From the NCBI GenBank assembly GCA_034669905.1, contig JAXMOL010000040.1:14411-78410 (forward strand): a stretch of 64,000 nucleotides of DNA, read 5' to 3'. How positions within the stretch are numbered: position 1 is the first letter of the stretch; each line of letters starts with the position of its first letter. The DNA is from Candidatus Hydrogenedentota bacterium. GTDB lineage: Bacteria; Hydrogenedentota; Hydrogenedentia; Hydrogenedentales; JAEUWI01. This document shows, in pieces, positions 29,073 through 39,255 of this stretch. The notes beneath the pieces were generated by a model. The model saw only the letters and a list, made by a program, of their open reading frames with translations. It did no database searches and was not told where the DNA came from. The position numbers and the translations under genes are program-made.

Positions 29073-30503
29073 TTAGCCCTGTCCCAGCATGATACTGTAA
29101 GAGGCAAACGCGTGGGGCGGCAAGGTGTCGTGAAAGGTATTCCCATCCGCGGTGAGTTCGATGCGCTCCGGACTCACCCGTTTCGGCGATTCAAAGCTAT
29201 TCTCTGCCGAGGCAGAATCCGCATGAAGCAAACGGCCCGAAAGAGAGGCGATGTCCCCTTCACGTATCTCGACCTGGAGCGGTATCGTTTCGGTGTAGCT
29301 TCGATTCACGACGGTAATACACAGTCGTTTTCCCTGCCGGGAAGCGCTTACCTGTAACGCGGGTATACGACCCGCCTTTCCGCCCGCCTTTTCGTGGGCC
29401 AGCTGTGGCGACTCCAGACGATGGGTCAGAAGACGGGAACCGCGGTGGCAACGCATCATGTCCAAGACGTGATAGGTCGGTGTCAGAAACATGGCCGGAC
29501 CTTCCGTCTTGGCCAGGCATTGCAGCGCATTGATCGCTTGTGCCATCGCCGCCATCGAAACATGGCCGGCATGTTGATTCAACACCTGATAGACCGAGGC
29601 CGCCAACAGCGCATCACGCAAGGTATTGGGCTGCTCCAATCCATTCTCCGCATCCGCCTCGTCGTGCCAGACCCCCCAGGAGCCCAGGGCAATGGCAGGC
29701 GCCTGTTCCCCATAGTAACGGTAGAGTTCGGCGATCAGTCGTTTCAGTTTCCGCTCAAACCCCTGCAAGGCCCCCCAGGTCTGGTAATACCCCTCTTTCC
29801 CAAAGGTCGCGCCTGAACCAAGACGAAAATAGTGGCTGACCGACAGTCCGGCGATGCCCAGGCCCTGCGCATGATATCGCTTCACCGGATAGACGCGTTC
29901 TGGTTCCCAGGCCTCATTGAGCGGGACAATCAGATCAATTTCAGGATTGAGTGCGGGCAGGCCTTCCAGATTCCAATCCGTACAACGGCTCATTCCCCAT
30001 AGCGGGAGATCGAAGGGCTCTGGACTGCCGTTGTGGCACCGTGCTGCCGTACGCTCGGTATCTCCCCCGAAGGTGCCGTATTCCACCCAGGACAATGCTT
30101 CATCCAAGGTACCCGTAAGCCCGTTGGTATTGACCCAGGGCCGACACTCGAGCTTATCGCACAACCCCGCGAATTCATGGGTACCAAAGGTATTCGGCTC
30201 AATCTGCTGCCAGGGCACGTTAATACGGTGGGGTCGATTGCCTCCCGTCCCCACGCCGTCGCCCCAATGATAGTAGTCGGCGAAATGATCCCCGGGCCAC
30301 TTGAGCACCGGCACGCGCAGATGTTTGAAAAGGGCCAGCACATCCAGCCGCAATCCGTCTTCGTTGGCGTTCCCCGAACTGCGGCCCGCCCAGATTCCGT
30401 CGTAGACACTACGCCCCACCATCTCCATCTGATAGCCATAGATCTCCGGGGATATGGTGGGGCCGCCAAGGGCAGGCCAGACCCGTAACTGTGCGTGTTT
30501 CAT
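29073..30503 (-). CDS. GH51 alpha-L-arabinofuranosidase homologue, catalytic Glu residues apparently absent
   Basis: ISPEIYG, YDGIW, KWPG.HFADYYHW.DGVG, EPNTFGTHEF, EQPNTLRDAL, AQAINALQ and LTPTYHV motifs. Confidence 0.8.
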   Translation of the reverse strand: MKHAQLRVWPALGGPTISPEIYGYQMEMVGRSVYDGIWAGRSSGNANEDGLRLDVLALFKHLRVPVLKWPGDHFADYYHWGDGVGTGGNRPHRINVPWQQIEPNTFGTHEFAGLCDKLECRPWVNTNGLTGTLDEALSWVEYGTFGGDTERTAARCHNGSPEPFDLPLWGMSRCTDWNLEGLPALNPEIDLIVPLNEAWEPERVYPVKRYHAQGLGIAGLSVSHYFRLGSGATFGKEGYYQTWGALQGFERKLKRLIAELYRYYGEQAPAIALGSWGVWHDEADAENGLEQPNTLRDALLAASVYQVLNQHAGHVSMAAMAQAINALQCLAKTEGPAMFLTPTYHVLDMMRCHRGSRLLTHRLESPQLAHEKAGGKAGRIPALQVSASRQGKRLCITVVNRSYTETIPLQVEIREGDIASLSGRLLHADSASAENSFESPKRVSPERIELTADGNTFHDTLPPHAFASYSIMLGQG

Positions 30504-31201
30504 TCCCCGTCGCCCACGGGGTGATCATATTGATCAAGGTAGGGAAACACACGGTCGGTGATAAAGCTCCGCACCCCGCGCACGTGGTCGGAGATAACCT
30601 CCAGCGCACCACTATCCACTTTCTGGTGGGCAAATATCCCTTTGACCTCCACATAGACTTCTGAGCGAGACTGGCGGAACGATTCGATGTTTACTTGCAG
30701 ATTGCCGGGGTATTCGTCGGTTTCTGGCAGGGTAAAGCGAAGGCCACCCACCGCGATGGGCCGCTGAAAATGAGGACCAATCCGGTTTGCCTGCTGGCAC
30801 ACCTGCTCGAGTAGAAATACCCGTGCGTCATCGAAATGACTCAGTGCAAAGGTAGACCGGATGGTGGCCGTGTGGGCAAGAAAAGAATCAAATTCCTCGA
30901 ATTCCAGGAGCTTTCCGGCCATCGCCTCGACCCGCTCCAGAAAAGCGCTCATGGGGATATCGGCCCACTCCTCGATCATGAGGACGCGGTCGGGCAGGAA
31001 TAGCGCGACCGACTGGGAGCGCTTGCCCTGTTTGGAGTAAAAGCGCGGCTGAACCATGCGGGTGAAATCGGTGCTGTCATACCCGGCATTGCGGATTTGT
31101 GACAACTCGAAATAGAGCTTTTGTAAGGCTTCTTTTTTGTGTTTAATCGGTTTGTGTACGAGCTCGACACCGAAATGGATTACACGGTCTTCCGATTGCA
31201 T
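30500..31201 (-). CDS. Hypothetical protein
   Basis: 233-aa ORF with RBS, ATGA-coupled to the GH51-like gene; no family recognised with confidence. Confidence 0.7.
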   Translation of the reverse strand: MQSEDRVIHFGVELVHKPIKHKKEALQKLYFELSQIRNAGYDSTDFTRMVQPRFYSKQGKRSQSVALFLPDRVLMIEEWADIPMSAFLERVEAMAGKLLEFEEFDSFLAHTATIRSTFALSHFDDARVFLLEQVCQQANRIGPHFQRPIAVGGLRFTLPETDEYPGNLQVNIESFRQSRSEVYVEVKGIFAHQKVDSGALEVISDHVRGVRSFITDRVFPYLDQYDHPVGDGE

Positions 31202-31423
31202 AGCACCCCTTCATGAATGTTTGTATTGGTATGTGTTTCGGCGCGCTGTTTTTCGGAATGCGAATGACACCAGGAAAACCACACCGCCAGAATGGATGTA
31301 CTGTAGCAGAGGGCGGTCGCCTTGTGAAAGCACGGTCCATCTACCCGTCGGCTGCGTGGAAGGGTACGTAAATAGTCCCGGAACGGCGTGCAGGCTTCGG
31401 GGTGGCAGGCTCCTGCGGCCGGT

Positions 31424-32014
31424 CTATTTCTTCTCCGCAATGAAGACGACGCAAGGAGGGATATTCTTCCAGATATGCTCGGAGCGACTTACATTACCAA
31501 AGCGTTCTACCAACTTTTCCCGAAAAAACTTCTTCCCTGAGGGCACGTAGGGACTCATGGCGTAGGCAAAGGTAACGAAACGGCCACCCGGTTCTAACAC
31601 ATCGTAGGTCGCTTCCAGGATCTCGTCCTGGAGTGCGTCATCGAAGCGGGTCCAAGGCAACCCGGAGACGATGGTGTCACAGCCAGAGAACCCGGCCTTT
31701 TCGAGATAGGACCGGGTATTCTGTGCGCAGTCATGATAGACGTTGACGCCGGGGCAGCGGCGCTGCGTCGCGCGCACAAATTCCTCGTTGACTTCCAGGG
31801 CAATAAAGTAGGCATCATCTCGTTTCTTAGAAAGAATGGCTTCGGTAAACACGCCGGTTCCGGGACCATATTCTACGATCACCTTTGACTCGGACACGTG
31901 GGCCATATCGGTCACCGTATCCGCCAGCTGACGCCCACTGGGAGCGATGGCACCCGTACTTCTGTTGGCCCGAAATACTTCTTTAAAGAAACTCAAGGTA
32001 CTCAATGCGTACAT
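31424..32014 (-). CDS. SAM-dependent methyltransferase, phospholipid N-methyltransferase (PmtA)-like
   Basis: GAIAPSG..LA, VEYGPGTGVFT, IVSGLP, GGRFVTFAY and NIPP motifs. Confidence 0.75.
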   Translation of the reverse strand: MYALSTLSFFKEVFRANRSTGAIAPSGRQLADTVTDMAHVSESKVIVEYGPGTGVFTEAILSKKRDDAYFIALEVNEEFVRATQRRCPGVNVYHDCAQNTRSYLEKAGFSGCDTIVSGLPWTRFDDALQDEILEATYDVLEPGGRFVTFAYAMSPYVPSGKKFFREKLVERFGNVSRSEHIWKNIPPCVVFIAEKK

Positions 32015-32407
32015 TCCTCAGTCAGCGTGCGGCCATCAGGTGACCGGCAGGTTCGATTCAACAGGGAGCGATTGGTTGTGGGAAAGCCCAGCGGACCCGG
32101 GTTCCCAGATGGTATACCCGACAGTCGCGCAGGTAGGTCTCTTGACAGGGACAACCACACGATTTCATTTTGCTGCCCAACATTCTGCCATAGTGCCATA
32201 GAGCATCACAAACGCTTGGGATGCCAAAATGCGGCAAACGACCGGTACGCACCCACCGCAATGAACCCGACGCTTGCCAAAATACCACGTCATCCGCTAT
32301 GCTCCGCACGTCCTGGCGGGCTCCCCTGGATGCCTACTCCTCAGGTTATCGGGGGCCACGCCGATCTGTTTAAGGCCATACCGTTCCCCCTGAATAAGGA
32401 GATTATC

Positions 32408-32851
32408 ATGAGTGCAGAAGACAAGGCCCGCGAGCTGGGTATTACGTTTCCCGAAGTTCCCAAGGGCTATCTCAACCTTTGTATCAAGACCGGAAACCTG
32501 CTGATGACCTCGGGACACACGAGCGATATCAAAGGCACTCTCGGCAAAGAACTGACCGTGGAAGAAGGCTATGCCGCCGCCCGGGAATGCGCCGTTAAGA
32601 TTCTCCAGTCCGTCCACGCCGTCCACGGCACCCTCGATGGACTCCGGGTCATTAAGCTCTTTGGCTGTGTAAACAGCACCCAGGACTTTACGGACCACCA
32701 CCTCGTCATTAACGGTTGCTCCGACCTCTACCACGAAGTCTTTGGCAAAGAAGACGACGGCTGGCATGCCCGGAGCGCCCTGGGATTCTCCTCCCTCCCC
32801 ACGGGCGTCGGCGTGGAAATTGAAGCCATCTTCGAAATTAAAGGCTCCTGA
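32408..32851 (+). CDS. RidA/YjgF family protein
   Basis: SGH, VINGCSDL..EVFG, HARSALG..SLP and VEIEAIFEI motifs; AAGGAG RBS. Confidence 0.85.
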   Translation: MSAEDKARELGITFPEVPKGYLNLCIKTGNLLMTSGHTSDIKGTLGKELTVEEGYAAARECAVKILQSVHAVHGTLDGLRVIKLFGCVNSTQDFTDHHLVINGCSDLYHEVFGKEDDGWHARSALGFSSLPTGVGVEIEAIFEIKGS

Positions 32852-32904
32852 CATCTGAATCTGCCCGCGCTAGGGATGACCCGATTCATCAGGGAAAGAG
32901 ACCA

Positions 32905-33426
32905 ATGGCTGTTCAAGACGAAAGACCCTACACCGACCTCTGGGAACGGGTCATCCGGGAGCGCAATGCAGACTACCACGGCATCCACGGCCCCCAACAC
33001 TGGGCGCGGGTGGAGCGCAATGGCCTGTACCTCGCGAAGGATTCCGGGGCCGATGTGCGCGTCGTCTCGCTTTTTGCCCTCTTCCATGATTCCTGTCGAT
33101 TCAACGATGGCATTGATCCCGAGCACGGCAGCCGAGGCGCCGAATATGCCCGCCAATCCCGCGCACTCTTGGAATTTCTGGACGACACCGCCTTCGAGCA
33201 GTTGCTCTTCGCCTGCACCTGGCACACCGACCGGGTGCACCACGATGATCCCACGATCCATACCTGTTTCGACGCCGACCGACTCGATTTGGGTCGGGTC
33301 GGCATCACGCCCCATGCGGACTACCTGAATACCCCTGCCGCCCGAAAGCTTGCCACGGGGAAACAACTTTTCCTGTTGGATGAGGTGCCCGTACGGAATA
33401 CGAAACGGGCCCCCCATCCTTCCTGA
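32905..33426 (+). CDS. HD-domain protein
   Basis: HG..HW.RV, FHD, HG and DADRLDL motifs. Confidence 0.8.
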   Translation: MAVQDERPYTDLWERVIRERNADYHGIHGPQHWARVERNGLYLAKDSGADVRVVSLFALFHDSCRFNDGIDPEHGSRGAEYARQSRALLEFLDDTAFEQLLFACTWHTDRVHHDDPTIHTCFDADRLDLGRVGITPHADYLNTPAARKLATGKQLFLLDEVPVRNTKRAPHPS

Positions 33427-33436
33427 TTCCGGCCCC

Positions 33437-36157
33437 TCAGTCCGCCGCGATGTGCACGTCGTCCACATAAACCGCGACCGCTTCGGTGCTATTCGACACG
33501 AAGCCGAACCAGTCAAGGCTCCGAAAGTCCGACGAGCCACAGGATAAACCGACGCGCTCCACCGGTTCTTTTCCGGGAAGGGTCACGGTCAGGTCATAGG
33601 TGCCGTTGGCATCTTTACCCAGCCGACACACCAACGTGATGGTCACCCATGTATCGGCCGGTACCTCCATCACTTCATTCCCATTGGCCGTGAGCTTTCC
33701 AGCGCGATACCAGATGCTGGGGCCCGTCTGGTAGGGATTCCGATTGTCCCGCCATTCATGATAGAACTCCGCCCCCTCGCCAAATCGAACGGTAAAGGAA
33801 CCCCGCGCTGTACCGTATCGAAGACTGGGCACGTAATACATATGGGGGTTGTAAGATACCTTGAGTCCGGGCGCATCGCTGAATTTCAGACTTTGCTTGC
33901 CCGATGACGCCACCGCGTCACTCACACGCACCGTTCCGGCGCCCTCTTCATTGGTCTGGGCTCCCGGTGCCACCGCATCCAAAGGCAGGCCTTCGAAGTC
34001 TTCGGCAATACGACGGGGCTCCGGTACAGGCGGAGGGCTGAAAGCGGGACGGGCGATCTTGCGGGGCTTCTGAACCCATTCGGCATCGCCATAAAGACCG
34101 GCCTGGGTATAGTCAAAGGGTTTGAAGCCCAGGCGGAATGCCGGCGAATCGGCCTTCAGGCGAAAATCACCCCTCTCGGCATTTTCGAAGAGGGGATCAG
34201 CCACAATCGAAAAACGGTCGTGACCTTCTGCCTGCCATTCGGAAAAACTGCGACCGGAAAAATCCAACACCCCCGATTCTGTAACTTCCCGGGCCGTGCT
34301 CCAATACACGTTGCTGTCGAGATTAAAGTTCCCGTTCTTCCAGGTGCTGCCCAGCAAGTGATTGTTGTTGAAATAAACGATATTCCGGTGCACGAAAAAG
34401 GAGTTGTGCTCTTCCTCTCGGGAGCGAACCAGCTGGCCATTGTGGGAAAAGGCGAGGATGTTGTTAATGACCCGATTGTCTTTCCCATAGTGCTGATGGA
34501 GCGAACCGGTCCGTGTGTTGTAGACCAGGTTGTTTTCCGCTAGGATTCCGGTGCTGCCTTCGTCGAAATAGATACCCCAACCGCCCGAGACCCGTGCATT
34601 GGAAATGACGTCGTGGAACACGTTATTCCGAATAACCGTGCCCGGCGAATCGCCCAGACAGTAGATACCCCCCGTGTCGCTCAACTGCCCCAGGGCGATA
34701 TGGTGCACCCGGTTGTATTCAATGATGTTGTGGTGGGCCGTCGTGTCGGCATAGCCCCACGACCACCCCACGGAAATCCCCGTATAGCGGAAATCGCAAA
34801 TCTCATTGTGGGAAAGTCGATTGTAGGAGCTGCGGCCAATCCAGACGCCGACGCCGCCTCGAAAGACCCGACCACCGTCGTGGATGAAAGAATTCTCCAC
34901 CACGTTGCCTTCCACGGCTTCTGCCGGGCTGGCGGGACTTCCCCCTTCGCCGATGCGCACACCGCCCGCGCCCAGATCATGAATCTCGCTACGCAGGAGT
35001 TGGTTATCCTGGCTGCCTGTGCGAAACCAGAGTCCATAACCACCCACGTGGCCCACTTCGCAGTCTTCGAAGACCACGTGTCGCGCGCCCACGGCTTCCA
35101 CCGCCGCCGGCACACTGTGGGCCGCCTGGGAATCGCTGTGTCCCTCGGCCTTCACGGTGAATTCGGTGTAATAAAACTTCAGCCCTTCAAAGCGCAGGTG
35201 CTCCACGAAGGCTCCCGCTTTGGGGTCCCCTTCGATACGTAGCAACTGCTTCGCCTCCGGCGCCACAACGTTGGCCTTCGTCATGTCTTCCCCTTCACGG
35301 GGCAGGTAATAGAGACGACCTTCCTGGCGATTCAGAAACCACTCGCCGGGCTGGTCCAGCCCTTCAAAGAGATGTTCAATATGGTAGCGCTGGTCCGCAC
35401 GCCACCGACCAAAGCCCCAATTGGTATTGCCCGTAAAACTGATGGTGTTCTTTTCAGTGTCGATGGACTGGGGGCGCATCAGCGCCGTCTCCCAGGAGTG
35501 GTAGACCACGACAATGGCCTCTTCGAGACTATCCCAATCCTGAAGGTCCCCTTCCCGATAGCGAAACGCCGTCCCACTCCGGGTCGCTTCTTCTCCATCG
35601 ACTTTCTTTTCCATCACCGGACCGGCCGCATAAAACAGCTCATCCCCTTCCGGAAAATCGCCGGCACCGTTCTTGCCATTGGGTGTCCGGGCAGGCGTGC
35701 ACCGCACCCCATTCACCCACAGCTGGCTGAAACGCCAGTCGCCCGATGCCACCTCGGGAATATCTGCCACCCAGAATTTCCCCTCGGCCCGCCATCCGTC
35801 GATACGACGTCCCCCATGGACGACAACTTCGGCACCGTCGGCCGCCGCGTAGGTCACCGGAGCTCCTCCGCTGCCACCGTCCTCCGGGGCGAATACCAGC
35901 GCTTCCGGAATGAAGTATTCCCCACCCTGAATAAGCACCCGGGCACCCTGCTTCGCCGCTCCCAATACGCGGAGGGCATCTCGCGCCCCCGTCAGACTCG
36001 CCTTGGGACCATCCGTTTTACTGACATTGGGCGCCGCGATGCTACCCGACCACCCGTCGTTTCCTTCGGGAGACACATGGATGGTGGTAACGGCCGCAGC
36101 CACCGAAAGGCTGCAGCAAAAGACGGCCACAAAAAAACCATAGCGATAGTACTTCAT
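33437..36157 (-). CDS. Secreted right-handed parallel beta-helix protein (GH141/pectin-lyase-like fold)
   Basis: Signal peptide from MKYYRY; HVSPEGND.WSG, LDQPGEW, SDTGGIY and WGIYFDEGS motifs; Asn-ladder repeats. Confidence 0.8.
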   Translation of the reverse strand: MKYYRYGFFVAVFCCSLSVAAAVTTIHVSPEGNDGWSGSIAAPNVSKTDGPKASLTGARDALRVLGAAKQGARVLIQGGEYFIPEALVFAPEDGGSGGAPVTYAAADGAEVVVHGGRRIDGWRAEGKFWVADIPEVASGDWRFSQLWVNGVRCTPARTPNGKNGAGDFPEGDELFYAAGPVMEKKVDGEEATRSGTAFRYREGDLQDWDSLEEAIVVVYHSWETALMRPQSIDTEKNTISFTGNTNWGFGRWRADQRYHIEHLFEGLDQPGEWFLNRQEGRLYYLPREGEDMTKANVVAPEAKQLLRIEGDPKAGAFVEHLRFEGLKFYYTEFTVKAEGHSDSQAAHSVPAAVEAVGARHVVFEDCEVGHVGGYGLWFRTGSQDNQLLRSEIHDLGAGGVRIGEGGSPASPAEAVEGNVVENSFIHDGGRVFRGGVGVWIGRSSYNRLSHNEICDFRYTGISVGWSWGYADTTAHHNIIEYNRVHHIALGQLSDTGGIYCLGDSPGTVIRNNVFHDVISNARVSGGWGIYFDEGSTGILAENNLVYNTRTGSLHQHYGKDNRVINNILAFSHNGQLVRSREEEHNSFFVHRNIVYFNNNHLLGSTWKNGNFNLDSNVYWSTAREVTESGVLDFSGRSFSEWQAEGHDRFSIVADPLFENAERGDFRLKADSPAFRLGFKPFDYTQAGLYGDAEWVQKPRKIARPAFSPPPVPEPRRIAEDFEGLPLDAVAPGAQTNEEGAGTVRVSDAVASSGKQSLKFSDAPGLKVSYNPHMYYVPSLRYGTARGSFTVRFGEGAEFYHEWRDNRNPYQTGPSIWYRAGKLTANGNEVMEVPADTWVTITLVCRLGKDANGTYDLTVTLPGKEPVERVGLSCGSSDFRSLDWFGFVSNSTEAVAVYVDDVHIAAD

Positions 36158-36349
36158 AGATCGTTCCTTTAAGCAGTTTACCCCGCGCAGCACCCCCGCT
36201 CTGATTAGAGCATATGCTACGGCCCAACAACCAGCAGGATCGACCACGTCGCTGCATCTCCCCAGGAAGACAGGTCTTCGTCGTTGTCCACGGCCTATCC
36301 CCCGTGCTACCGTTTTCGGATGATAAGTCCTACACACAGTCCACGTTCC

Positions 36350-37591
36350 ATGTCCCTGCTCCACCGAGGGCTGCCCCTCCTGTGCCTGCTCATCCTCAGC
36401 ACGGCCCACGCCCAGCCGGCCAAGGGATTCAATGACCTCGGCACCGTCTATTTCCAAGAGGGGCGTTATGCAGATGCCCTGGAGCGTTTCAAACAGGCCC
36501 TGAAGCTGGCACCCGAGGTGCCGGCCATTCGCCGCAACATGGCCCTCTGCCACCAGGCGTTGGCGAACGAAGCCATGGAGAAAGACGACCTTGCACAGGC
36601 CATGGTCCATCTCGATCGTGCCATCGAGCTGGATCCCCGCTTTCCCGCACCCCATGCCCAGGCGGGCGCGTACCTGTTCACCGCAGAGCGCCTCGAGGAA
36701 GCACGGCCCTATTTGGAGCAGGCCCTGAAACTCGACAACGAGCAACTCGACGCCCGCGCCATGCTGGGCGAGATTTTCTACCGTGCCAACGATCACGCCA
36801 AAGCCGAGACCCACTGGAAAATCGTGTTGGAAGCCAAACCCGACTGGCCCGGGCTGGCACAGCGACTCGAAAAGTTGCGTCGGGAAGCCCACATCGAAGG
36901 CGACTTCAAGCGCTATCCTTCGGCCCACTTTGAAATCAGTTTTGGCGAAGTCCTTTCTGAAGCTACCCTCTCTCGCGTCTTCTACATCCTCGAGACGGCC
37001 TACCAGGAAATTGGCACAGAGCTCGGCGGCATATTCCCCTCGGAAACCGTGGAAGTCGTGTTATACGACGGCACCCAATTCGCCGATGCCACCCAATCGG
37101 ATCCCCACGTGGGCGCCTTGTTCGATGGAAAAATCCGCGCCCCCATCACCAACAAGGAAGGGCGCTTCCTCCAGAACGCCACCCTTAAGAGCCGTTTGCG
37201 CCATGAATACGTGCACGTGGTCCTGCGCCATCGTCTAGGCTCCAAGGTACCGTGGTGGTTTAATGAAGGCCTGGCCGAAACCCTGTCCCGCAAGATGGAC
37301 CAAAGCCGCCTGCGCCTGGTCCGCAGCGCTTACCGGGGCAACGAGACCTTCCCCTTCGCCGACCTCGAGAACAACCCACGGGGACAGTATTCGCCCCAAC
37401 AGGTCTCGCTGGCCTACGCCCAGTCCCACGTCGCCGTCGCCCAACTCTGGAAAGAAGGCGAATCTAAATTCCCCGCCCTGCTCGAAGCCTTCGAAAAATC
37501 CCCCCGCTACGAAGACGCGCTAAAATCGGTACTCAACACCGACTACGCCACCCTGGAAAAACTGACTGAGGCCGCCAGTGGCGAAGAATAG
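36350..37591 (+). CDS. TPR-repeat protein with peptidase MA-like domain
   Basis: Signal peptide; several TPRs; HEYVH, PWWFNEGLAE and LAYAQS motifs. Confidence 0.85.
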   Translation: MSLLHRGLPLLCLLILSTAHAQPAKGFNDLGTVYFQEGRYADALERFKQALKLAPEVPAIRRNMALCHQALANEAMEKDDLAQAMVHLDRAIELDPRFPAPHAQAGAYLFTAERLEEARPYLEQALKLDNEQLDARAMLGEIFYRANDHAKAETHWKIVLEAKPDWPGLAQRLEKLRREAHIEGDFKRYPSAHFEISFGEVLSEATLSRVFYILETAYQEIGTELGGIFPSETVEVVLYDGTQFADATQSDPHVGALFDGKIRAPITNKEGRFLQNATLKSRLRHEYVHVVLRHRLGSKVPWWFNEGLAETLSRKMDQSRLRLVRSAYRGNETFPFADLENNPRGQYSPQQVSLAYAQSHVAVAQLWKEGESKFPALLEAFEKSPRYEDALKSVLNTDYATLEKLTEAASGEE

Positions 37592-37597
37592 GCCGTA

Positions 37598-38104
37598 GTG
37601 AGTTAGACGTCCCGTCCGACACATCACCTGTCCCGCATAACAACCTAAAGGGTGCCCCCCTCAAGCAGAGGAGCGAAGCGGGGGCGCTTGTGGGTATAAA
37701 TCACCGCTTCAATCCAATCACCCGCAATCCCTCTCGGCAAACCCGCACCCCCAACGTCACCGGTCCTACATCACGCTCTCCTGAGTCTAACGCCCCCCAT
37801 TTCAGCCGGGACGGCTAAGCCACTGCCCCCCAACCGTGGGTTAGACGTCCCGTCTGACACATCACCTGTCCCGCATAACAACCTAAAGGGTGCCACCCTC
37901 AAGCAGAGGAGCGAAGCGGGGGCGCTTGTGGGTGTAAATCTCCGCTTCAATCCAAACACCCGCAATACCTCTCGGCAAACCCGCACCCCCAACGTCACCG
38001 GTCCTACATCACGCTCTATCAGAACCAACCTCTCCCCATCTCAGCCGGGACGGCTAAGCCACTGCCCCCCCAACCGTGGGTTAGACGTCCCGTCTGACAC
38101 GTGG
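37598..38104. repeat. Tandem ~238-240 bp REP-containing composite repeat (two units plus start of a third)
   Basis: GTTAGACGTCCCGTC(C/T)GACAC recurs at 37602, 37840 and 38080 with near-identical intervening sequence. Confidence 0.9.
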
Positions 38105-38159
38105 AGTCTCTACGACATCAAATAGTCCATGTACTTGGACAAGGGATTTCGATTCTAAA

Positions 38160-38243
38160 TTCACCCTTCACCCTTCACCCTTCACCTTTCACCCTTCACC
38201 CTTCACCCTTCACCCTTCACCCTTCACCCTTCACCGTTCACCC
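38160..38243. repeat. Heptamer tandem repeat (TTCACCC)x12
   Basis: Directly visible, two variant units; abuts the stop codon of the Sel1 gene. Confidence 0.95.
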
Positions 38244-38244
38244 T

Positions 38245-39255
38245 TCACTCCGCCTTCGCCGCACGCTTCAACCAATAATCGGCCTTCTTCGTATCCCGGG
38301 GACATCCCGCTGCCCCGCCGTAGAGCTCCCCCAGTTGGTGCATGGACTTTACATGCCCCTTCGCCGCCCCCTTCTTAAACCAACGAATCGCCCGCCTCCA
38401 ACGCTGGGGCACCCCCTCGCCATACTTGTACATGAGCCCGATGTTTCCCATGGCACGCTCGTTTCCCCGACGCGCCGCCTTGCGATACCAGCGCAAGGCC
38501 TTATCCCAATCTTTCTTCACGCCCTTGCTGTAAAAGTAGCAGTAACCCACGGTCACCTGTGCGTCGGCATCTCCCTGCACGGCGGCCTTCTCATACAAGG
38601 CGAAACCCTTCCGGCGATTCTTCTTGACACTTCGTCCCTTCCAATAGAAATCCCCCAATCGGCACAGGGCATCCATGTCCCCCTGCTTGGCGGCTTTGCC
38701 ATACCATTCCCGCGCTTTCTTGTAGTTCCGCGCCACGCCACGGCCCCCTTCGTAGCATGAAGCCAGATTATACTGGGCCAGCGCATCTCCCTGTTTCGCC
38801 GCCTTTCGATACCAATACACCGCCTTCTTTCGGTCCCGTGCAACCCCCTTCCCCTTACTCAGCAAGTAGGCCAAGTTAAACTGGGCATCCACATCACCCT
38901 GCTTCGCCGCCTGCTCATACCATCGGGCGGCTTCGGCTCGATCCCGTTTACAGCCCTCTCCGCGATTCCGCGCATGCCCCATAGAACACTGGGCACCAGC
39001 ACATCCCCGCTCTGCCGCCGCACGATACCACCGGACGGCCTTCTTTTTGTTTTTACCTACCCCCTCCCCACACATAAACGCGTAGGCTAGCGCACACTGG
39101 GCATCCCCATATCCCGCCTTCGCTGCCTTACGAAACCACGTCACCGCCGCGTTCTTGTCGATCGGGGTTTTATCCCAATAGTGAAGCCCCAGATTATACT
39201 GGTCGGCAGGGTCACCTGATTCGGCCTTTGCCAGAAGTCGCTGACGTTTCTTCAT
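38245..39255 (-). CDS. Sel1-like repeat protein (about 9 repeats)
   Basis: 36-aa units G...AQ..LG..Y..G.GV.....A..WY.KAA; no signal peptide. Confidence 0.9.
   Translation of the reverse strand: MKKRQRLLAKAESGDPADQYNLGLHYWDKTPIDKNAAVTWFRKAAKAGYGDAQCALAYAFMCGEGVGKNKKKAVRWYRAAAERGCAGAQCSMGHARNRGEGCKRDRAEAARWYEQAAKQGDVDAQFNLAYLLSKGKGVARDRKKAVYWYRKAAKQGDALAQYNLASCYEGGRGVARNYKKAREWYGKAAKQGDMDALCRLGDFYWKGRSVKKNRRKGFALYEKAAVQGDADAQVTVGYCYFYSKGVKKDWDKALRWYRKAARRGNERAMGNIGLMYKYGEGVPQRWRRAIRWFKKGAAKGHVKSMHQLGELYGGAAGCPRDTKKADYWLKRAAKAE

Noticed and set aside
36158..36928. N-terminal extension of the 1163-aa minus-strand ORF
   Set aside because: It is antisense to the TPR-peptidase gene; a signal peptide and RBS place the real start at 36157.
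37598..38243. Possible CRISPR array
   Set aside because: Sequences between the palindromes are near-identical ~220-bp copies rather than unique 30-40 bp spacers; no cas genes in the window.
38101..38760. ORF with PFTLHPS repeats
   Set aside because: Translation of the TTCACCC heptamer array running antisense into the Sel1 gene.
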